A stretch of DNA of 64,000 bases from Torpedo marmorata (lineage: Eukaryota). Shown here in pieces: positions 40,610-52,673 of the stretch (positions are counted from its first letter, which is position 1; each line of letters starts with the position of its first letter). The translations under genes were made by a program, and so were the position numbers. The notes below the pieces were generated by a model that searched no databases, was not told the DNA's origin, and worked only from the letters and a program-made list of their open reading frames with translations. The stretch spans positions 23,684,001-23,748,000 of the forward strand of contig OZ360247.1 of assembly GCA_977017645.1 (NCBI GenBank), given 5' to 3'.

Positions 40610-40835
40610 AGTAACAACACAGAAAATCTAGAGAAACTCAGCAGGTCTCGCAGCATCCATAGGAGGTAAAGATAAATAACCGACGTTTCGGGCCAAAACC
40701 ACACCTTGAAGAAGAGCTCAGGCCCGAAATGTCGGTAATATGTCTTTACCTCTATGGACACTGCGAGACCTGCTGGGTTCCTCCATCATTTCTGTGTTTT
40801 TACTACAATCACGGCATCTGCAGACTTTCGTGTTT
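40610..40835. repeat. Inverted pair of Penelope-type terminal repeats
   Basis: actcagcaggtctcgcagcatccataggaggtaaaga...ccgacgtttcgggcc pairs with ggcccgaaatgtcgg...tctttacctctatggacactgcgagacctgctgggt. Confidence 0.8.
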
Positions 40836-42234
40836 AACAAGGTTAAACATCATGCAAAGAACTCAACTTTAATAATGGAACCTTTCATTGTCGTTGACCA
40901 ACAACTTGTCCTGACACTTCAGTTTGTACTTAAAGGATAGGCACATGGACGAGATATTCTAAGTTTGCAGGCATCATGGAACTATACCAAGGTGCACAAC
41001 TTCCTGTTAGATTAATACACAATAAGATGCTACTGCTAGAAATACAGCCTAAATAACTATTGCAGAGTTTTGAAACTTCATTTCAGCAACATCACAAGAG
41101 GACATTGCTTAATCTTTACAGCAACTGCATTGGGGCAACAACAGATATTGTGCACGTAATCTACTCAGACAAGACGAATGATTAACACAAATTAACATTG
41201 ATAAGACCTTTAATTGCTTTTGTATTCGTGGCATTTGATACCAACACTGAAACTTCTGAACATGGAAACTTTGTCTTCAAGTGGTGATGTGCTCATATAT
41301 TTAGGAATTAGTTCTTTCTGTAGATATATTATATACAAACATATACCTCTCAAATGCAGCATACCCCAGAGGACTGATCGGGAGGAGATTACAAGTTTGA
41401 AGAAGGCTACAGGCCAAATGGTGGAAAATAAGTTTGTATAGAAGGGCACACACATATGGTTGATATGGATATGGTGGGCCAAATGGTCTATTTCTTTGCT
41501 GCACAGCTCCAAGATTGAGAGAGTGGGATGTGGTGACGATTGTGCTGCAGATGACCAAGTAGGAGAGGAATTGGGAAGAAAAGGGGAACTGGGGGCAGGG
41601 TGAGAGAATTAGCACAGCTGGAAAGTAGATGTAAAGATAATGGGAAAAAAAACCAGAAACGATTAGAGGGTCTGAATGATAAAGTGTAGCTACCAGGAAA
41701 AGAATTAACTGAGAGGCCAGGGAGATATCTTGGGGTCAAGGAAGGACTTTGCCAGAGAGCAAAGAATGATCACAGTGGTGGTGGAGGAGTGAGTGTAATG
41801 TCAGAGTAATCACCAGATGAAAACAGATACAGAAGGAATTTACCTTAACCACGAGCTGCCCAATACCAGCCCAGATCAGGACCGTTCAGGTCCTATGGGC
41901 TGTATGCATGCATGTTGTTCACAAGGAGAACTAGATGGAATTTCCAGAAGTGCGCTGGGCTTTCAACAAGGCAAGAGCATTTCCAGGGCCTGATACCTTG
42001 TTGCCATAGCAATCTTAAAAGGGAATGAAGGAGCTCATGCACTTTCTTTTCACATGAATGATGTCATTCCATTGCTTTAGCTGCAGCTTGGACACTTATT
42101 TGAAATATGACCATGCAAGTTCACTTCTGACTCATAACATTACCATTAACATCAAATATCTATACTTTGAAGAGTTGCTCAATTCAGCTATACATTTCCT
42201 TGTTTACTCTTTAATACCAATAGTTATGTTGACA

Positions 42235-43610
42235 AGGTCCTACATGGGAGGCAAGTCAGGAAGGTTCAGACGCTAGGTATTCATGGTGAAGTAGTGAACT
42301 GGATTCGACAATGGCTGGACGGGAGAAGCCAGAGAGTAGTGGTGGATAATTGCTTCTCACACTGGAGGACTGTGACTTGTGGTGTGCCTCAGGGATCGGT
42401 GCTGGAACCATTGTTGTTTGTCATTGTTATGCCTTTGTGTTGCTTGGGAGTCTTCTTAAATAACTAGGATACGAGAGTTCTTAACACAATGCTTTTACTC
42501 ACTGTTGGCTGACTCCATCTTAGGAAAGAACTGTTTACACACACATATACATACGCCACACAGTGGTGCACTACAGTTACTACTATGAGAAGGGTGTATT
42601 CTTACTTGGTTACAAAATAGTCCACATTATCCTGACTATATAACAGTCATCTATGTCAATGATCTGGATGATAATGTGGTAAATTGGATCAGCAAGTTTG
42701 CAGATGACACTAAGATTGGAGGCATTGTGGACAACGAAGAAGGTTTTCAAAGCTTGCAGAGGGATCTGGACCAGCTGGAAAAATGGGCTGAAAATGGCAG
42801 ATGGAATTTAATGCAGACAAGTGTGAGGTGTTGCATTTTGGAAGGACAAACCAGGAAAGGACGTACACGGTGAATGGTAGGGCACTGAGGAGTGCGGTAG
42901 AACAGAGGGCCCTGGGAATACAGATACATAATTCCATGAAGTGGCGTCACAGGTGGATAGGGTTGTAAAGAGAGCTTTTGGCATATTGGCCTTCATAAAT
43001 CAAAGTATTGAGTATAGGAGTTGGGATGTTATGGTAAAGTTGTATAAGACATTGGAGAGGCCAAATTTGGAGTATTATGTGTAGTTTTGGTCACCTAACT
43101 GCAGGAAAGATATCAATAAGATAGAAAGAGTGTAGAAAAGATTTACTAGGATGTTGCACGGACTTCAGGAACTGAGTTACAGGGAAAGGTTAAACAGGTT
43201 AGGACTTTATTCCCTGGAGCGTAGAAGAATGAGGGGAGATTTGTTAGAGGTATTTAAAATTATGAGGGAGATAGACAGAGTAAACGTAGATAGGCTTTTT
43301 CCACTGAGGGTAGGTGAGATACAAACCAGAGGACATGGGTTAAGAGTGAAAGGGGAAAAGTTTAGGGGGAACGTGAGGGGGAACTTCTTCACACAGAGAG
43401 TGGTGGGAGTGTGGAACGAGCTGCCAGCTGAGGTGGTGAATGCGAGCTCAATTTTAACATTTAAGAAGAATTTGGACAGGTACATGGATAGGAGAGGTAT
43501 GGAGGGCTAAGGACTGGGTGCAGGTCAGTGGGACGAGGCAAAGAAATTGGTTCGGCACAGACTAGAAGGGCCGAAGGGGCCTGTTTCTGTGCTGTAGTTT
43601 TCTATGGTTG
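42235..43610 (+). mobile_element. CR1 LINE RT/3' region interrupted by a solo LTR
   Basis: ggtgtgcctcagggatcggtgctgg (GVPQGSVL), ISKFADDTKIGG, LERRRMRGDLLEVFKI. Confidence 0.9.
42425..42645. mobile_element. Solo LTR (221 bp)
   Basis: gtcat|TGTTAT ... ATAACA|gtcat: TG..CA ends, 6-bp terminal inverted repeat, 5-bp TSD; CR1 coding sequence (LFVI|YVNDLD) rejoins across it. Confidence 0.85.
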
Positions 43611-44189
43611 CAATGATATCCAATGCAATGATTTGCTTGTAATGAATTTATACATTCCCATGGTTGTTTCAATTTCTGCTTTACCCATTGGAAGTGTAGA
43701 GGCAGATGCAGTTGGAATCATCAATGGTCAATTAACTCAAACGGGAGTAAGAGTCGGGCCAGGCAGACCCATGTAACAAATTTCCAATTAAGATTTCCCT
43801 GGCCCACTTTCTTGCATTCACCTTTCTTTTATCTCGGGGTTTGATGAAGGCTGCAAATATGAGATTTACTGGAAAAGGGAAATTAAATTTAAAAATAAAA
43901 TCAGCTCTCCAGACCCCCAATGTGAGATCTATGAAATCATGAGTCCATCACACCACCAAAGCAGCAGAGATTTGTACTGTGAAGTAGCAAGTACCAGCAG
44001 CAGTGGGTACAACATCCAGACATAGAAAGCTCATTCGCAGGACACATCGTTTGCATCACCATCATATTTTGGAAAGCTCATGTAACTGGTCTTTGCACAC
44101 TTGGACAGCAGGGCTCAGCAGCACATGTACACAGTTACTCAGCCAATTCTCATTTCATAGCTCTACTTGTTTAGACAAGAGTCTGGTTA

Positions 44190-45687
44190 AAGCTGGGCAC
44201 CATGTGCAGCGGGGATGCCCACGGGCTGTCTGAGCGGCGGACGATCCGCATTTCCTCCATCTTGCGGAACTCCTCTTTGGCCAGGTGTAGCTTGTCGGGT
44301 GGGAGCCTGCGAGCTCGGGCGTGTAGAGGCGGACCTGTTGTAGAGATGTGGTGCTGCACGCCATGTTTAAGGCCGGTGGTGGAGAACTGTGGGGTAACGA
44401 TGGAGGGGAAATCTGCCAAAACCCTGGTGAATTCGTTTCCGGAGAGCTTCACGGAGTGCAAATGGAGGGCTGGAAGGTTGGCCTCACCGAGCTGGAGCGT
44501 TTGGAACGTCTCCACGTGGACCAACCTTCGGCCTTTCAGGTCGACCAGGAAACCTTTGGCCTGTAAAAAATCTGCTCCGAGTAATGGCTGTGAAACCGCC
44601 GCCACCGTAAAAGTCCAAGTGAAACGAGCAGACCCGAAATCTAGCGGAATGGTCCGTTTGCCAAAAGTGCGGATGGTTGTGCCGTTTGCGGCGGTCAGCT
44701 CCGGGCCTGGAGTTGCATTGCGTGTGTCTATGTTCGAGGACGGGAGGACGTTGATTACAGCTCCGGTATCTACTAGGAAACGCACATGGTGGACGGCAGC
44801 GGCGTGCGCCCTGGCCCCATCTTTGGTGGTAGAAACACCATAGGTCTGAACCATCATCTTTGTCCCCCGTGGCCTTTGGAGGTTTCGGGGTCGGAGTTTT
44901 GGGGGGTGCGATTGCAGCCAGGCCCAGGGAGGTGGCTCTCCATTGCCTACTCTGCCAAAGGACATCTGCTTTGGCTGTGACCTTGCGAGGGTCACTGAAA
45001 TCCTCACTTGCGAGCAGGAGGCGAATGTCCTCGGGCATCTGCTGGAGGAACAGCTGTTCGAATAGAAAACATGGCTTATGGCCGTCCATGTGCGCCAGCA
45101 TGTCGTTCATTAGCTCGGACGGTGTGCGATCGCCCGGGCCATCCATCTGGAGGAGCCGCGCGGCCCATTCACGGCGGAAGAGGCCGAAAGTTTGGAGCAG
45201 GAGCGCCTTGATCTTAATGTACCTTTCCTCTGTAGGGGGTTGATGGAGGAAGTCAACGATCCGGCCTGCTGTCTCCTGGTCGAGCGCACTGACCACGTAG
45301 CAGTACCTCGTGGCATCGGCTGTGATGTCCCTGATGTTGAACTGGGCCTCGGCCTGCTCAAACCACATGTGGGGCTGAGTGGACCAGAAAGTCGGATGCT
45401 TCAGTGAGACTGCGCTGGAACTCATGGTCGATGCTGCTTCTTTAACTCCAGGTGCCGTCTGGAGCGTCGGGGTCACCAATGTAGTTGCGCTACGGCGCAC
45501 TATCAATTAAAGACACAGAGACTGTGGAGTTCAATCATGGAGTCTTTACTGGATTCAAAACACTGAACTATTCCCGGGGCGTAAGTGACGTCAGCACACT
45601 TTCCAGAAGTCCCGCCCCGAGCGCATAATTCCGGACGCCCCGTTGTGTCCGATGGCGGTTCGAGACCCGCGAGTGCACGCCACTACA
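44190..45687 (-). mobile_element. Ty3/Gypsy LTR retrotransposon, 5' part (LTR-PBS-gag-protease-start of RT), 3'-truncated
   Basis: LTR 45480-45687 (TGTAGT...ACTACA); PBS TGGTGACCCCGACG; gag from ATG 45425 (PTFW...WFEQAEAQF...WCFYHQRWG...RCRPPC); protease FLVDTGA...LLGADFL in another frame; RT start SPWASPLHMVP. Confidence 0.92.
45465..45478 (-). promoter_or_regulatory. Primer-binding site, complementary to the tRNA-Trp 3' end
   Basis: TGGTGACCCCGACG lies one base after the LTR's CA end; vertebrate tRNA-Trp ends ...CGTCGGGGTCACCA. Confidence 0.8.
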
Positions 45688-46566
45688 ACACCATTATAGC
45701 TTTTTTTTTGCTGTTTTGTACTTGTTTTTTTAAACAAAGTGGCAGCAAGTAATAATTTTGGTGCAATGTATATGACATTAAACTGATTATCATTAAAATA
45801 CATTTCAGACCAGAAACCATAGAATGCTACAGCACAGAAAACAGGCCATTCGGCCCTTCTAGTCAGTGCTGACCATTATTCCACTTGTCCCACTGACCTG
45901 CTCCCATTACATATCCCTCCAGACCTCTCCCATCCATGTATCTATCCAATTTATTCTTAAAACTTAAGATCGAGCCCGCATTCACCACATCAGATGGCAG
46001 CTCAATTATTTAATATCCAGTTAAATGAAACCTTATTCCCACTTTTAACATGCTGTTCTTAAATTACAGTATATTTTCTTAAGCAATGAATGTGGTGCTA
46101 ACGGCTGGATAATTGCAAGACAAAAACACGAAGGGAAACAAACAAGTTCCAGCTGATTCGCTACTTGCTGGAGAAAGGTCACAAGGTTAATGAGAGAAAC
46201 TGGTCAGTGAAATTTAATTTAACTTTAGCTGCTTTTATATTAGCTTCTAAAGCTTCGGTCTCCCTCAGCAGGTAGCCTTGAGCACCCACTTTTGCACCTG
46301 TTGGGTGTTAGTGTCTGCTATCATCTTCATTATGCCTTGTAAAAACTGCTGTTTGGGTGGCAACACAACTCAGCCAGGCTCCTCGGTAACTTTATTTGGA
46401 CCGATACAAGTCTTGTCTGCTGCAATGTTATGAGTTAACATCACGAACGTGAAGAAAAGGCACGATGATCATTCCGTTACAGTTCTACTTGTGTATTTTA
46501 CTCTCCAAAAGGCAAAGAGCACAGATACACAGTTAGTTCTGATGGAGTGTTTGGGTGTGAGAATAT

Positions 46567-47660
46567 TTCAAGATTCAAGATTCAATTTATTGTCATAGTA
46601 ATAAGACAGTGTCATATTCCATGAAATTTCTTTTTGCCTGCTGCAAGGCAGACAGATTTGCCACCGGTTTTACCGTGTTGTGGTGGCCTCCGTGGTTGAA
46701 CAGGCAGCTGCCATTCATTATGCAAGGTGACATGTGAAGAATGACTGCTTTGGAAAAAATATGGAGGATTCACTTCTGCTTGGAACTGCACAAGATTGCA
46801 AGTTACCCCCCGAAGATGGCGGCGCTGCCGGAGCCGCTGTAACGGCAGCGCTGGTGCGGACCCGCGGGGAGTGTGGGAGCGGAGATACAGCGCTCCCGCG
46901 GGGTCCAACCGCCCAGTCGACTACCGTCGGTTCCGCACGGGCTTTGAACGGCCCGTTGAGGGAGCCGACGGTGGTTTTATTTACGATCCCGCAACCACGG
47001 GGTCTGCGCCCAAGATGGCAGCGCCTTTTAACCGGCAGCAGCCATGAGGGGCTGCAGACTCCGGGGAAGCAGAGGACTGGAGCAGGGCACCAGAGGACGG
47101 GAAGATCACCCCCCATCTGAGAAGGAGAAGCGGAGAAGACGACCCACAGGACGGTGACCACGGCGGCGGACCAGTAAGGGGCTCTGAGGCTGAAGGACCA
47201 GTGCATGCGGCGGGCTGCTGGCGACTTGAGGCGAAGAACCCGCGGAGGCTGTGGGCTGCTGGAGACTGCTGTCGGGGGACTCACGCCGGGCTGCGGACTG
47301 CTGGAGACTGGCTCGAACTGGCTGGAGGAGTACCAGGTATCGGAACCGGGATGCAAGGGGGTGCCGAGGGCGCCCTGACCGTGTTGGAGGTTCGGATCTG
47401 GTGCTCGGGTTGCCATGGTGTGGACTGGACTCTGTGTGGCTGCGGAGGCTGCGGAAGCGCTGGAGGCGAATCTACGGACACTCGGTGACTCTGGGGGGAC
47501 TCTCTTTTGCTTTTTTCTCTGACTGTAAGGAATGTAAGAGACGCTTAGGCAATTTCTGCCGGTGGCGAATCGGTCTGCCTTGCAGCAGGCAAAAAGAAAT
47601 TTCATGGAATATGACACTGATTTATTACTATGACAATAAATTGAATCTTGAATCTTGAAT
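46567..47660 (+). mobile_element. GC-rich non-autonomous retro-derived element bounded by ~100-bp inverted copies of its LINE-like 3' tail
   Basis: 46567-46666 is the reverse complement of ~47560-47660 (ccggtggc...gacaataaattgaatcttgaatcttgaa); the body starts near 46813 with aagatggcggcg. Confidence 0.75.
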
Positions 47661-49339
47661 TGAATGGATGAGGTTCAATTGAAAGAGCTTTCAGAAGTCG
47701 ACAGAAGAGCGGGGTTATCAGAGGACAGGCTGCTTTCTATCGACGACTATATTAGTTCAATGGCACTGACTGATCCAGGAACCAAACCTATCTGCTAAAG
47801 TCTCCGGCACCAAGTGTTCTTTTAGTTCAATACTGGACTAAAGTTTACATGGAACAGACCGATAGAATAGATTTGACAGGAGATTTCATTTTTCTCGTCC
47901 AATGCAAATACTCAGTTCAATCAACAAAATGCCTAAATCGGCTAGAGCCCTGAAGAAGATTGCACTGCATTTAAAATAAGAACACGCTGCTAAGAAAGAG
48001 GTCTGTCTCCCAGGGTACAGACATGCATCTCCCCGAATTCTGTTTGAGCAACAGGAAAGTCTGAATGGTCTGCCTGACAACTTTGAGCAGAGTTTTCTTT
48101 TCCCACAGAACGCAACAGATAATTTGCATGTGGTCTGTGTGTCAACACGGTGTAGGCATATCAATTTCAAGCCATGCAGCTCAGATGCGGTTAACAAATC
48201 CTGGTCTGAATTCACGTAATAAATGGACCACAAATTAGAGGAGATACTGTAACTCAACAATTTGGCATTCGTGTGAAATGACAGTTTGAATTATTGCTAC
48301 AGAAGGACACGATATACTTGCACCCAAGAAATTAGCTTTTGGAAATGGAAAGGAGGGGAAGTGCTTTGATGTCCCAAACACCTCCCCTCCTCCCCCCAAT
48401 CACTGCACACTTCAAAGCAACGCAGACAGGTGTGTTCTCACTGCTCACATTTTCCAAATAGTTGTTCAAGCAGAGGTACCTTGATACCCCAGTTCAGGAA
48501 GAGGAGAGGAGGGAGTGAGAGCACGTTTGAGAATCAATACAACTGCAGATGCTGGAAATCTGAAAGGAACAGAAAGTGCTAGAAATGCTCAACAGGTTAG
48601 GCAGCATCTGTGGGGAGAAAAACAATTATGATTTCAGATCTGGGATTCGTCATAAGAGCACAAGGCTGGGAAAGGAGGGCTAGCTTCAGAAGGTGCACAA
48701 GATTCAGTTGTGACACAAAACACCCTTTTACCTGTCGAAGGGCTTGAACAGCATGGATTCAGCAAAGGTCCTCCTCCCCTTGTCTGCAATCATTAAGCAT
48801 TGATATATTATCGAAAAAAAATAAAAATAAACCTGCAGATGCTGAAAACCTGAAATTTGACCAGAAAACACTGCACACACTCAGCACATCAGTCAGCATC
48901 TATGGAAAAGGAAACAAAGTTAATGCTTCAGGCCAAAGACCCTTATTGATACGTCTAACATTGCCTTCTAAAAGCAGTTAAACTTAAATTCTTGCCCTTG
49001 CCCCAGTTCCCGGCCCTTCCAACATACGCCAAACTCAGAGTTGCCACAGTAATAAAGCCCATTGGATCTGTAGAATTTGGGATTCAATCAGCATTCCAAA
49101 TGGAAGTTGGATCCAACATTGACAGCAAAGACATTCACAGAGCTTTTTCCCCCCAACACCCCACCATCCTCTCCCCTACCCAGGTCTTTTTATTCCCCAC
49201 TGCCACTTGTTTGGCCCCAGGCCCAAATAGCCAGACTTGACAAGGAGAAGGATGAAGCCGACATTGATTGAATAAATGGTAAGAGACTGTGCCATCAATC
49301 CAATACACATGTGCATGAAACAGAGACCAAATTAAAAAA

Positions 49340-49620
49340 GGAGTAAAACATGAAAGTCTGCAGACACCGTGGCTGAAGTAAAAACACAATGCTGGAGAAA
49401 CTCAGCAGGTCAAACAGTGTACTTTATAGAGCAAAGGTAAAGATACATAACCGACGTTTTGGGCTTTAGCCTTTCATCAAGGTATGAACAAACCTTGATA
49501 CCTTTTTGTTCATACCTTGATAAAGGGCTCAAGCCCAAAACGTTTGTGATGTACCTTTATCTTTGCTATATAAATACACTGTTTGACCTGCTGGGTTTCT
49601 CTGGCTTTGTGTTTTTACTA
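49340..49620. repeat. Inverted pair (long hairpin) of Penelope-type terminal repeats
   Basis: ~49378-49492 pairs with ~49505-49619; each arm carries a variant of the CATACCTTGATGA..GGGCTCAAGCCC..AAACGT motif. Confidence 0.85.
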
Positions 49621-51491
49621 AAAAAAAGAAAGACATGGCTGTCAAATTATGGGAAGTTAATCACAAAAAAACACCAGAAAATTTAATTTCCTGCAATTGA
49701 GAACTAATATAAACACATATTAGTGTACTCAATCATCAGCTACTGTAGGGATGATAATATTACAGATTATTACTCAACTTTCTAAGATACTTAGGTTTAG
49801 TCTCCATGTAGACCGAATACAAACTGCAATTCTACTTTAATTAGATTCACATCCTCAGCTGCACAGACCTGCATTGAACTCAGTGAGGATGATACAGAAG
49901 ATTTTCTAGCACAATGCCTGGGTTGGATCAAGAAATCTGCAACTGATCTCAAGCTGACAGTTGGGTGCATTGCCACACTTTCTAGGACTGGTCACAACCT
50001 CCAACACACACAACAGGACTACAGATAACACAGACTGCAGAGATGAGGCAGAATCCTGGAGCTACATAATGCAAGACTTCCCAAAGACTTGACACCGGGA
50101 AGAGGTGGTGCTCCAAAAACAACTGGATTTCCTTCTGAAGTAGCAACATTCTTTTGTAGATTACTAGACTTCTCTGAATTTGTAAATGGTACTATTCTTC
50201 TGTGGTGAGTTCTGAGATTTAGTTCAGAAGCACACTGCTTAGAATGCAGATTTAATGAGTTTATTGTCATGTACAATGTACAGTTCAGAAGCGCACATTT
50301 CCATTGACAGATTAGAACACCAAGAAAGAAAGTTACACTGAGATACACTGATAGATTTTTATTATCAGATGAATTCAACACAAGCACATCTCTCCAATTA
50401 CCGAGTACTTTGCGTACAGGAGAACTATACCCTCAGTCAAATTTGTTGCCAAATCAAACTGATCATAGCCCTTGAAGAAGGGCTCAGGCTGAAAACGTCG
50501 GTAATATATCTTTGCCTCCTATGGACACTGCGAGACCGGCTGAGTTCCTCCAGCAGTTCTGTGTGTTTTTACTTTGATCATAAATGGAATCAACCACCAC
50601 TGAATGACTACAAATAAAAATGTCACTTATTTTTCTTGCTTTAAAGTTTGCATGGGAAAGCAAATTTAGGTCAGTATTTTAATTCAAAGCTAGATTGTAT
50701 TAAACAATGCAACATCCTGCAAAAGAAATAATTGGCATCCTTGAAAATTTCCAAAAATATTGTTATAGTAGAAGGCATGAACCATCAAAAAGCACCACAC
50801 TGGACAACCCCAGCTCTGATGAACAAGAATCTTTTTGTCAGATAAACCTACATTGTTGAAAGAACTTGCATGATTGTGGGGAGGTACGGTGGATTGCTTG
50901 TACATTGAGCCAGTGCAAACATGATGGGCCAAATGGGCAACTGTTGCAGATTTTAAAAAGATCTTCATTCCTGATCTTGGCAAAAGAATCACAGCAAGTT
51001 ACAAAGGTACAGAGAAATAGGGAGGAGGGACTGGAGTGACAGGATATCTTGCAGGGGGTAGCATGCACCAGATGACTTACTATAAACAAAAGAGGGAATA
51101 AGCAATTGTTAGTACATTATTCAATGCACGGCTACCTGATAGCAGTAATCTCCACTGCAATGATTTTTGCTCTCAAATAATATTAATATTTATATACATT
51201 TAATATTTATATACATTTAATATTAATAGCATATTTTCATTAACAGTCTTATATATGAAGTATTTTCCCCCATATTACACACTAAAACACATTCCCAGAA
51301 AACCTCGAGTCTTTGAGGAACACATATAGAGTGGGTTCAGTTGAGGTCACAGCAGATGCAATTGAGGCATTCATACAGGTACATATCCAAGTTTCATAAT
51401 TGGCTAGCAAACTAATCCAGGATTAATTTGGTGTAATTTGTACAAGTCAATCATATCCTGATGAGAATTACCAGATACAACTTTCAACATA

Positions 51492-52145
51492 CACGTGCCT
51501 AACCTTTTATCCGAAAACCTTGGGACCGGACACTTTTCGGATTTCAGATTTTTTCAGATTATAGAATTATAATCCGCTGCTGCCGGAGGACGACGTCCCC
51601 GCTGCTGCTGACCCAGGAGGCCGACGTCCCCAGCCCCGTTGTGATTTGGAATGCTGGTAGAGGTCCCTGCCAGGAGGCCGACACTGGCTGTTCTCCTGAC
51701 CTGCCGGGAGGCTGACGCCGAACCTATTCCTGACCTGCCGGGACGCCGAAAGAGTCCCTGACATGCCGGGATGCCGACGTCAGCACCGCTCCTGTGTTGT
51801 GATTTGGAACACATGCGCAGATTTCCATCGCTCTCTCTCCCTCTTCAATCTCTCTCCCTCCCCAGCGATGGCAATCTGCGCATGCGTTCCAAATCAGAGG
51901 CGCTGGACAAGGGGAAGGGGGGGGGTGGTCGCAGCGGCGTCCGTACCTGTATGATGTTTTCGCTGCTGCCGGGAGGCTGACATCCCCGACGTTCCACTAA
52001 CTACCGACGTGGACTGACACGGGATTTTCAAGCGTGAACTAAGTGTAGGTCGAGTCGGGTCATGTTTGGTGAGCACATGACATCCATGAAAAAAAGTTCG
52101 GTTTTTGGAGGTTTCCAGAATTCCGGATAAAAGGTTAGGCACCTG
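51492..52145. mobile_element. CpG-rich Tc1/mariner-type non-autonomous element (654 bp)
   Basis: TA|cacgtgcctaaccttttatccgaaa ... ttccggataaaaggttaggcacctg|TA. Confidence 0.85.
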
Positions 52146-52296
52146 TACATACTTTCATTGCTGGTGTGTGGCTACAACAGGAAAGCTCCCCCCAATTTCA
52201 CAAGCATAGTATTGGAGATTTCTTGTGAAAAAAGCAAGAGGGGAAATAACTGAATGGATTGGGTGTACACACTCATCAACTTTTGTTTGTTGACAG

Positions 52297-52673
52297 CAGT
52301 AGTTTTCAAACTTTTTCTTTCCACTCACATACCACTTTAAGTAATCCCTATGCCATAGGTGCTCTGTGATTAGTAAGGGATTACTTAAGGTGGTATGTGA
52401 GTGGAGGGAAAAAGGTTGAGAACCACTTGCTCTAGACCCAATTGTTACTGAAATATTTTGCTTGAGAAAAATTGTCATTCGCCCATTTCCTTTGGAGTTA
52501 TGAAACCGTGCACATAACAAGTCAATTAGGTACGATTAAAACAGTGCTTTTCAAACCTTTTCCTTCCACTCACATACCACCTTAAATAATCCTTTACTAA
52601 TCACAGAGCACCTATGGCATAGGGATTACTTAAAGTGGTATGTGAGTGGAAAGAAAAAGTTTGAAAACCACTG
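52297..52673. mobile_element. Full-length copy of the composite hAT MITE
   Basis: cagtagttttcaaac...monomer...ctctagaccc core...monomer...gtttgaaaaccactg; no clear TSD. Confidence 0.85.

Noticed and set aside
46718-47617. 299-aa ORF and overlapping ORFs
   Set aside because: Low-complexity Ser/Pro/Arg-rich translation of a GC-rich repeat that recurs at 59550-60150 without frame conservation.
50045-50210. Plus-strand open stretch ending in TG|gtgagt
   Set aside because: No convincing acceptor or start codon and no recognisable protein.
51180-51228. Short AT-rich tandem repeat (atttaatatttatatac-like), plus homopolymers at ~6248 (G) and ~38274 (T)
   Set aside because: Ordinary simple repeats.
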